Origin: Candidatus Liptonbacteria bacterium
Lineage (GTDB): Bacteria > Patescibacteriota > Minisyncoccia > UBA6257 > 2-01-FULL-56-20
Direction: 5' to 3'
Length of the DNA stretch: 55,524 nucleotides
NCBI GenBank assembly: GCA_016204335.1
Contig: JACQKU010000021.1
Location: 1 to 55,524 of the forward strand
This document shows positions 27,593 through 35,241 of this stretch, piece by piece (the stretch's first letter is position 1; every line of letters starts with the position of its first letter). The position numbers and the translations under genes are program-made. The notes under the pieces are model-generated. The model did not search any database. It had not been told where the DNA came from and saw only the letters and a list, made by a program, of their open reading frames with translations.

Positions 27593-28042
27593 ATGCTTTC
27601 AAAAAAATTTATCATCGCATTATTGGCGGTTATCATTGTCGCATTCATCGGCTTCGGTATCTGGCTTGGTTCTTATTTGAGCTCTCGCCAGCCGAATCCC
27701 GCGAGCGCGTCTGAATATTCGGCGGTCTATCTTTCAACCGGCGACATCTATTACGGCATTCTTTCATGGTTTCCTTTGCCGCGCCTTACGAATGTGTGGT
27801 CTTTGCAGAGAAGCGGCGACCAAAACAATCCGCAAATAGCCCTTGTGGCGTTCAAGAATTCATTGTGGGGGCCCGTTGATGAGATACGGCTCAATCCGAA
27901 GCAAATCATTTTCTGGACCCGTCTCCGTAACGACAGCCAGGTCCTGAAAGCGATTCGGAATCCGGATTCGCTCCAGCCGCAAGCGCAACAGCCGGCGGCT
28001 TCTCCCGCGCCGACAAGCACGCTGCGCGCTCCTGTCCGCTGA
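27593..28042 (+). CDS. Hypothetical membrane-anchored protein
   Basis: N-terminal TM (FIIALLAVIIVAFIGFGIWLG) and a Pro/Gln/Ala-rich tail. Same strand as its neighbours with tight spacing. Confidence 0.6.
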   Translation: MLSKKFIIALLAVIIVAFIGFGIWLGSYLSSRQPNPASASEYSAVYLSTGDIYYGILSWFPLPRLTNVWSLQRSGDQNNPQIALVAFKNSLWGPVDEIRLNPKQIIFWTRLRNDSQVLKAIRNPDSLQPQAQQPAASPAPTSTLRAPVR

Positions 28043-28101
28043 TGCTTTCGCGGCGATGGCAGGCGGGCATTCTGCTTAACCGCTAAAATAAAGATGTCCT
28101 A

Positions 28102-31100
28102 ATGTCTTCTTTTAAAAATCCCCAATCCGGTTTTCGAGCAAAGTTTCTCCCGTGCGCTATCTGCGCGCTTGTCATTCTTTTAATTTCCGCCTTTTCGTAT
28201 TATTTCTTTTCTCATATTAATTCCACCTTCGCTTTCACCGGCCCATCGACTTCCGTAGGCATCGGCGGCGGCGCCATCGGCGTTGATTCCTCCAACAACT
28301 TGAGCATCGGCACTTCCGCGACCCAGCCGGACACCAAACTTCTGATTGTCGTTTCCTCCACGGACGCATCCAATTTCGGGTTCAAGATACTGCAACCCGG
28401 CCAGAATCCGATATTTGTCGTCAGAAACGACGGCAGTATAGGAATCGGGACTGCGAATCCAACAAGCACATTGACTGTTGTAGGCGCCGTTAAAAGCACA
28501 AATGGCGGTTTCATTTTTCCCGACGCCACAATTCAAACAACAGCTTATCTGGGCGGGTCCCAGGCGATTAACGCTTCAAATATTACCGCCGGCGTATTCG
28601 GCGCGGGCAACTTCGCCTTTCCTTCGTCGCTCGGAATCGCGACATCAACGCAGGTAGGTCTTCCTCAATCGCTCTCAATCTACGGCGGAGGGTATTTCAG
28701 CGGCAACGTCGGCATCGGGACGGCGGGACCGAATGCCAAGTTATCCATTGGAAATAATGTCGCGACGGGATTTCTCGATAATTATAGTGAATACCAGATA
28801 ATGCTCTACGACGCCGGTACAGCCGCCGGTTCGTATGGAATTGGCATTAAGTCAGGCACAATGGTCTTTAATGCCGGCGCCGCCGCCTATAGTTTTGATC
28901 GTAGCGGAAATGCCACCACGATGACCCTTGATGGCTCCGGCAACGTCGGCATCGGGACGACGAATCCGAGCAATTTACTGCATGTCAGTGGATCAAACCA
29001 GGGCATCCGATTAACCGAAACAGGGGCTTCGAAGAGTTGGCTTCTCCAGAACTCTGGTTCAGATCTTCTCCTTACAGAAGTTGGTTCTGGAAATCGTGTT
29101 GTATTTCAAGCGGGCGGCAACGTCGGCATCGGTATGACTGCGCCGAGCACCAAACTCGAAGTCGCCGGAAACGTGAGCTCGACAGCGTTGTGTCTCGGCG
29201 GAACTTGCAATACGACATGGCCGTCCGGCGGCGGGGGAGGATCGATTTCAACTTCGTCTGCCATCACTGCCGGATACTTCCCGTATTGGGCGAACACGAC
29301 CGGCGGTCTGAACGGCACATCAAATATTTTTCAATCTGGCGGCAACGTCGGCATCGGGACGGCTGCGCCGGCAGGCAAGCTTGATGTATCAAGCGGCGGA
29401 GCCGGCATTTCCGCCGGCGATTTGGTTGTTGATACTGCCAATAAAACGGTATATGTCGGGCGGCAGAGCGGAAACATTGGCGACAGCAGTTTGTTTATCA
29501 CCAGAAATAGATTTGGAACAAAACTCCTCGTTGTTGATACGAACAATCAAATCTCATATTTTGAAAGCGGCAACGTCGGCATCGCCACCACTACTCCTTC
29601 TTTTCCTCTGACGGTCCAAGGCAATGCGTATGTTAGCGGCACGCTTACTGCCGGCAGCATATCCGGTTCATACGCCGGCACAGTCTCCGCGGCGAACGTC
29701 ACCGCCGGCGTATTCGGCGCGGGCAACTTCGCCTTTCCTTCGTCGCTCGGAATCGCGACATCAACGCAGGTAGGTCTTCCCCAATCGCTCTCAATCTACG
29801 GCGGAGGGTTCTTCAGTGGCAACGTCGGCATCGGGACGGCGGCGCCCGGCCAAAAACTCGAAGTCGCAGGCAACGTATCTTCAACCGGCCTTTGTCTCGG
29901 CGGAACTTGCAATACGACATGGCCTGCGAGTGGAGGCGGAGTTACATCGGTTTTTGCCAGAACCGGAGCAGTAATTGCGACAACCGGAGATTATGCGGTG
30001 GCGCAAGTTACGGGAGCCGCCCCTCTGGCGAGCCCGACATTTACCGGCATTCCGGCGGCGCCCACCGCCGCAGGAGGAACTAATACAACGCAACTGGCTA
30101 CAACGGCATTCGTAACTACTGCCGTAAGCGGCGCGACTATCACCGCCGGCAATGTTTCTTCCGGTTCTTTCGGTTCAAACACCGGCGGCGGGAATTACAC
30201 CTTTCCCGCGAGCGTTAACTTCGCCGGTTCGGGCATTTGGAATTCATCCGGCAATGTCGGCATAGGGACGGCGGCGCCGGGAGCGAAGTTGGAAGTAGTC
30301 GGAAATACGCTTCTGAACGCTAATAAACTTGGCTTTACAAACACAGGCGGGATAATGTTCAACGGTTTGTCTGATTGGAATTGGCAATTAAGAACAACAA
30401 GCGGTTGGAATTATGTATGGACAGGCGCCAGTTCCGGAGAGAGAAGTTGGATTTTTGCCGACAAGACCAATAGTACAAACGATGACACTTGGACTGAGCG
30501 GTTCAAAGTTAGAATGAGCGATGGACAAACATATATGGCGGGCAACGTCGGCATCGGGACGGCGGCGCCGGGAGCGAAGTTGGACATACGACCTATTTCT
30601 TTTGCCGGCAGCCAAAGCGGCGGCATAAAGCTTGATACGCTCACTGGGAATTGGCCGTCAGGAATGTATTTACGGAGCGATGTCGGCGGTACGCCAAGAT
30701 TGGCGCTTGATATTGTTTCTACGGAAGCGTTGTCTATCGTAAACGGCGGCAACGTCGGCATCGGGACGGCGAGTCCGCTCGCTAAGTTACATATTTCTGG
30801 TAGCAGTTCGGGAGCCTCAAATATACGGCTGACGAGCACAATCGTCGGCGGGCGGTCGTGGGAACTGAACCCATATGCTATAGGTGTTAGCGATACCCCG
30901 TTTACGATCCGAGACGTTACCGCAGGGGCAGATAGGATTACAATTGACTCTTCCGGCAACGTCGGCATCGGAACGGCAAATCCGGGAGCACGACTCCAGG
31001 CAATCGGAGCGGATAGTTTGGGCACTTCGTTCGCGTTTTACGCCGGCGGAACAACTGGAACGGGACTGACCATGACCAACGCGAACAACGTCGGCATCGG

Positions 31101-32226
31101 GACGACGGCGCCGGGGACTTCGTTACATGTAAATTTGCCAACTCAAACCACAGCAACCGTAAATTCATTACTTATCTCAAGATGGACAAGACCACAGACA
31201 GGAGGTGTTAAATGGGGAAATTCTATGGATATGCTTTTGGGCAGTTATGGAACTTCGATGAATTCTCAATCTCGCGTTGATTTCAAATTAGCAGACGGCG
31301 GCACTGATTTACCAGACACTACAGTAATGACACTCCAGGGTAACGGCAATGTCGGCATAGGAACGAGCAACCCAAACAGGAAACTTGACGTAAGCGAAAG
31401 CGGTGATGGAATAGCTTTTGGTCGGCAGTCGGATAATATCTTGTCGATCCAGTCCTATATCGATGGCCACTGGGCGGACCGAACCACATACGCGGACGGA
31501 TGCTGCAATAATCTTGTTCTCCAGCCGGATGTGGGTGGTGTCGGCATCGGGATACAGGAAGCGCCAAACGCGAAGCTGGAGATTGGCGGTTCCAACGCTG
31601 CCGGTGAAACCCGCATGATTTTTTCCACGAACAGTTCTCCAAAGTCGAATAGATTTTTTATTAAGACAGATCTTGATGTCAGTTCAAACAATGATATCCT
31701 CGAGTTCAGTTCAACAAATGTAGGCAATATTATTGTCTTAAAAGGAGACGGCAAAGTTGGTATCGGGGCGGCGCCGTCCAGCTATCAATTGCAACTTTCC
31801 ACAGATTCTGCCGGAAAACCGAACGGTGGTTCATGGGCTAACTCTTCCGATGAAAGGCTGAAAACAAACATCAAGCCCGTTAAAGACGCACTTGCCAAAA
31901 TAACCAAACTTCAACCGATACTGTTTGATTGGCGAAATCCATTGCTACATGGCAACGCGGTTTCGAGTGGCGGTTTCGCGGCACAGCAAATCGCCGAGGT
32001 ATTCCCAGAGTTTGTAACAGATGTCCCTTGCGCCGGCGCCGATTGTTCGCTTACCGATAACGGAAAAGTGAAATCGCTCACCTTGCCGTTCACGTTTGAC
32101 GCTTATCTTGTGGGCGCCGTCAAGGAACAGCAGACCGAAATTGACGCGTTGAAATCCGAAAACGCCGGATTAAAAATAGAAATAAATTCTTTGAAAGCCC
32201 GCATAGACGCGCTGGAGAAAAAATAG
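28102..32226 (+). CDS. Giant (1374 aa) membrane-anchored fibre-like protein with GNVGIGT-xxP-xxKLEV repeats and a C-terminal S74 intramolecular-chaperone domain
   Basis: About 15 copies of ggcaacgtcggcatcgggacg (GNVGIGT). C-terminus is NSSDERLKTNIKPV...LQPILFDWRN...GGFAAQQIAEVFPEFV plus a coiled coil, as in endosialidase/tail-fibre chaperone domains. Confidence 0.85.
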   Translation: MSSFKNPQSGFRAKFLPCAICALVILLISAFSYYFFSHINSTFAFTGPSTSVGIGGGAIGVDSSNNLSIGTSATQPDTKLLIVVSSTDASNFGFKILQPGQNPIFVVRNDGSIGIGTANPTSTLTVVGAVKSTNGGFIFPDATIQTTAYLGGSQAINASNITAGVFGAGNFAFPSSLGIATSTQVGLPQSLSIYGGGYFSGNVGIGTAGPNAKLSIGNNVATGFLDNYSEYQIMLYDAGTAAGSYGIGIKSGTMVFNAGAAAYSFDRSGNATTMTLDGSGNVGIGTTNPSNLLHVSGSNQGIRLTETGASKSWLLQNSGSDLLLTEVGSGNRVVFQAGGNVGIGMTAPSTKLEVAGNVSSTALCLGGTCNTTWPSGGGGGSISTSSAITAGYFPYWANTTGGLNGTSNIFQSGGNVGIGTAAPAGKLDVSSGGAGISAGDLVVDTANKTVYVGRQSGNIGDSSLFITRNRFGTKLLVVDTNNQISYFESGNVGIATTTPSFPLTVQGNAYVSGTLTAGSISGSYAGTVSAANVTAGVFGAGNFAFPSSLGIATSTQVGLPQSLSIYGGGFFSGNVGIGTAAPGQKLEVAGNVSSTGLCLGGTCNTTWPASGGGVTSVFARTGAVIATTGDYAVAQVTGAAPLASPTFTGIPAAPTAAGGTNTTQLATTAFVTTAVSGATITAGNVSSGSFGSNTGGGNYTFPASVNFAGSGIWNSSGNVGIGTAAPGAKLEVVGNTLLNANKLGFTNTGGIMFNGLSDWNWQLRTTSGWNYVWTGASSGERSWIFADKTNSTNDDTWTERFKVRMSDGQTYMAGNVGIGTAAPGAKLDIRPISFAGSQSGGIKLDTLTGNWPSGMYLRSDVGGTPRLALDIVSTEALSIVNGGNVGIGTASPLAKLHISGSSSGASNIRLTSTIVGGRSWELNPYAIGVSDTPFTIRDVTAGADRITIDSSGNVGIGTANPGARLQAIGADSLGTSFAFYAGGTTGTGLTMTNANNVGIGTTAPGTSLHVNLPTQTTATVNSLLISRWTRPQTGGVKWGNSMDMLLGSYGTSMNSQSRVDFKLADGGTDLPDTTVMTLQGNGNVGIGTSNPNRKLDVSESGDGIAFGRQSDNILSIQSYIDGHWADRTTYADGCCNNLVLQPDVGGVGIGIQEAPNAKLEIGGSNAAGETRMIFSTNSSPKSNRFFIKTDLDVSSNNDILEFSSTNVGNIIVLKGDGKVGIGAAPSSYQLQLSTDSAGKPNGGSWANSSDERLKTNIKPVKDALAKITKLQPILFDWRNPLLHGNAVSSGGFAAQQIAEVFPEFVTDVPCAGADCSLTDNGKVKSLTLPFTFDAYLVGAVKEQQTEIDALKSENAGLKIEINSLKARIDALEKK

Positions 32227-32269
32227 TTTCCTCCATATTTCGGTCTTGCGATGGCCTAAATATAAAAAA

Positions 32270-33136
32270 ATGCGACTAGAAATTATAAAAGAAACATTCG
32301 CCGATTATTCCAAAAGGTACTGGAAGTTCTGGGCCGTTCTTTATGTGTTCACGGTTCTCGCGGAAGTTATGCGGGAAATTTATCTTGAGCGAGTCGCGAT
32401 TTATTTGTCAGGGATAACTTACAATCCGGTTATTTTATTCAATTTGCTCATCCGCGAAATGCTCGCCTCGCCGGTGGTTTTTTTGGCAGTGGCAGGAGGG
32501 GTTTTGTTTAATCTCTGGGGGTTTGCATCGCTTTATTTTTTATTTTCCGGAGCATCATTCATAAAATCGGCATCAGAAGGATTGAAGCATATTTTGTCTT
32601 ACTTTGGTTTGGTGGTTGCCGGAGGCATTATTGTTTTCGCTGGATTTCTCGTTCTTGCAATGCCGATTCTTCTCCTTCTCAACGCGTTTTTGGGCGATTC
32701 GCTCAATCCGAACGTCGCTATGGCGATTTTTCTCGCGTTCGGGATTCCCGGCTGGTGGCTCCTCGTTTCGTTTTCAGTAGCGCCATTCATTCTGCTTCTT
32801 GAAAAAAGAAAGATATTCAACGCGCTTCGGGAAAGTTATCGCCGTGTTTCGTTCGCGCTCTGGCAAACCATTCAGACGCTTATTGTCGCGTTCGTTATGT
32901 CTGCGGCCGCCTATTATGCTTTAAGCTGGATAATTTTCTCTTTGAAACTTATTTTTATTCAAGACCTTTCTTTCCGCGGAGAAACATCGCTTAGAATTTT
33001 TGTTTACTCGATTCCCTGGGTGGTTGTCGCGAGTTTTTTCGATTTGGCGGTTTACAGAATATATCTCCGCCTTAAACCGCTTTCGGATTCTCTGCCTTCC
33101 GAAAATGAAGCAATCCGCAAGGATTTTTTAGGATAG
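32270..33136 (+). CDS. Hypothetical multi-pass membrane protein
   Basis: At least 6 hydrophobic segments. Start placed at the ATG for MRLEIIKE; the ORF track's TTG is at 32246. Confidence 0.6.
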   Translation: MRLEIIKETFADYSKRYWKFWAVLYVFTVLAEVMREIYLERVAIYLSGITYNPVILFNLLIREMLASPVVFLAVAGGVLFNLWGFASLYFLFSGASFIKSASEGLKHILSYFGLVVAGGIIVFAGFLVLAMPILLLLNAFLGDSLNPNVAMAIFLAFGIPGWWLLVSFSVAPFILLLEKRKIFNALRESYRRVSFALWQTIQTLIVAFVMSAAAYYALSWIIFSLKLIFIQDLSFRGETSLRIFVYSIPWVVVASFFDLAVYRIYLRLKPLSDSLPSENEAIRKDFLG

Positions 33137-33147
33137 AGATCGAATAT

Positions 33148-34257
33148 ATGAATATGAATAAAATACCGACCAAAATAGCGACAGGCATATTGATTATGGC
33201 GGTCATTGCCCTGGCGATTACTCCGATACCGGCGTACGCGGGAGGGAACGGGCTGTCGATAATCGGTATTGTCTTGGGAATCATCGTTGCCATACTTTGT
33301 TATGGCACATGCATACCACTTATCGTGGGCGCCCTCGGAATAACCGGAGCGGCGCTCGCAACTACGGTTGTCGTGCTGACCTATGTGTCGTATGGGATAA
33401 CCGCGGCAGGCCTTGGATTTCAGTCATACGCTACTTCTTCCTGCTCCGGAAATTACGATCCGGTTTTTGGAACCTGTACGACATCAAAAAGATTAAGCCA
33501 GCAGATTTTTACATCAACAAACGCCAAGTTTACCGGAATTGATGTGAACGGCGCGCCGTCGCCGGAGGAATTTGAAGGTAATCCGAATGTCACGGCAACG
33601 ATTAAATGGGAGGCAGACGCGCACCCCGGCTTGGTAAATTACCTCGTCGTTTCCGACAAAAACGGCGGCACAGGCATACCCGCTTCCGCCGGACCAAACG
33701 GCAATGTTTGTAGTGCCGGCCCGCAAGGCAATGTTTTTAATTCTCTTTCTTACGGCAAGACATATGTTGCGGAAATTTGGTTTGCTTCCTGTTTTCAGAT
33801 TAGAGGAGGAAATCTGACCAAAAATGCGGTTCCCACTTGTAGCGGCTGCGGTTACGATGCCGTGGGCGCAAAAATAGAATTCACGACACCGATGCTCCCG
33901 CCGCTCGGTATTGATATTAAAGCCAACGGGAAGGACGGAGGATTCGCTTTTGTCCCGGGCACCCCAATTGTTCTTTCTTGGACGTCGCAATACGCGACTT
34001 CCTGTTCCGCCGAGGGCAGTTGGAGCGGTTCAAAGCCGACTTCAGGGACGGAGACGGTTACTCCTAAAAAAGGAAACGAGGTTTACACGATAGCGTGTAC
34101 GCGGCCTGACGGCGGCATGGCGCAGGATTCGGTTTCCGCGGCGGTGTCGTCGCCGGGATTCAAAATCAGCGCTCCTCCTCCAAACGGCAAATCGCCGGAT
34201 AATGCGGATAATGCGGAGAATGGCAAAAAACCGTTTTTTAAAGAAGTTGTTCCTTAA
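33148..34257 (+). CDS. Hypothetical membrane protein with a Cys-containing extracellular Ig-like region
   Basis: Several N-terminal TM segments, then IVLSWTSQYATSCSAEGSWSGSKPTSGTETVTPKKGNEVYTIACT, a pattern typical of beta-sandwich surface domains. Confidence 0.6.
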   Translation: MNMNKIPTKIATGILIMAVIALAITPIPAYAGGNGLSIIGIVLGIIVAILCYGTCIPLIVGALGITGAALATTVVVLTYVSYGITAAGLGFQSYATSSCSGNYDPVFGTCTTSKRLSQQIFTSTNAKFTGIDVNGAPSPEEFEGNPNVTATIKWEADAHPGLVNYLVVSDKNGGTGIPASAGPNGNVCSAGPQGNVFNSLSYGKTYVAEIWFASCFQIRGGNLTKNAVPTCSGCGYDAVGAKIEFTTPMLPPLGIDIKANGKDGGFAFVPGTPIVLSWTSQYATSCSAEGSWSGSKPTSGTETVTPKKGNEVYTIACTRPDGGMAQDSVSAAVSSPGFKISAPPPNGKSPDNADNAENGKKPFFKEVVP

Positions 34258-34342
34258 CCCTCGAGAATTTTTTAATTGAGTATTAAAAGCGGAAAGCGGG
34301 AGCGGCAAGGTTCGAAGAACCCATACCGTCCCGCTTTTTGCT

Positions 34343-34894
34343 TCACTTGGCGTTCGCCTCCTTCCTGAGCTCCGCGAGGTTCGTACGGCGGAGCGCGGCA
34401 TTATAGATGTACTCGCTGCCGGCGAACGGATGTCGGATGTCGGCGACGAGCCCTTCGGGGCTCATCGTATACTTTCCGACCCACTGGCCGGAATGTACGA
34501 TGAGTTTGCCGTTTTCGAAGCGGGCTTCGACCCGCTCCGAGCGCGACTTGCCCCATTCGTGTCCCCAAATGTTCGGGATTCCGCCGATGCCGAACACCAC
34601 AGTCACGTCGTCGGGCGACGCGATTCGTTCGACGATAAGGACATGTCCTCGGGAATCACCCGTGAACCGATGTCCAACCCGGGCCTGCCATAGTCCGGCG
34701 AAGGCCGCCATGTCTGCGGGGATTTCTTGAGCAGGAGCCACTATGGCTACCTGCTCCGGCAGGAGAGCGTCAGAATCAGACACCGCAGAGATGCCGAGCA
34801 TCATCCCTTGGCCAGCGAGGTAGCCAGCGCAGTTGGCGCTCCCGACCAGAATCCCAAACAGCAAAGCCACCAAACCGACCACGTTCCTTTTCAT
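34343..34894 (-). CDS. G+C-rich secreted hypothetical protein with a strong SD
   Basis: Signal peptide MKRNVVGLVALLFGILVGSANCAG. ggaggaagcgATG upstream. Hand count of line 34561-34620 gives 38/60 G+C. Confidence 0.6.
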   Translation of the reverse strand: MKRNVVGLVALLFGILVGSANCAGYLAGQGMMLGISAVSDSDALLPEQVAIVAPAQEIPADMAAFAGLWQARVGHRFTGDSRGHVLIVERIASPDDVTVVFGIGGIPNIWGHEWGKSRSERVEARFENGKLIVHSGQWVGKYTMSPEGLVADIRHPFAGSEYIYNAALRRTNLAELRKEANAK

Positions 34895-35054
34895 CGCTTC
34901 CTCCGGTTGTAGGGGTTGGTCGAAGGTTAATCGCCAAATTTAATGGTACTTGGTATTTTCTGTAGTGTTGTTTATGGGAAAGTCCTAATTATGATATACC
35001 ATACTTTAAAAGTTTTGTTAAAGAAAATTTTCTTACCGGATTTATTACTCTCAA

Positions 35055-35237
35055 AACTTAATACCCCGCGCGCCACGCCACGCCGTAGGCAAGCCCCGCT
35101 AAAGCGGGACCATGGGTAAGCGTGTGGTATTAAGTTTTTCCTATTCCGCCGAAGGCGGAATAGGGCTTCGTCGTTCGCCTGAGCGAACGACGAAGAAGAG
35201 GGAGAAGATACCACGGCTGTAAAGCCGTGGTATCTTC
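35055..35237 (-). terminator. Array of four consecutive strong hairpins immediately downstream of recG
   Basis: Stems aaacttaatacc/ggtattaagttt, cctattccgcc/ggcggaatagg, cttcgtcgttcgc/gcgaacgacgaag and gaagataccacggc/gccgtggtatcttc. The last three are perfect, 11-14 bp. Confidence 0.6.
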
Positions 35238-35241
35238 ATAG

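Noticed and set aside
28571-29850. Diversity-generating retroelement (template/variable repeat pair) in the fibre gene
   Set aside because: The differences between the two ~150-bp copies are T/C, A/T and C/T changes. They are not confined to adenine positions of one copy, and no reverse transcriptase gene is nearby. A plain duplication is the simpler reading.
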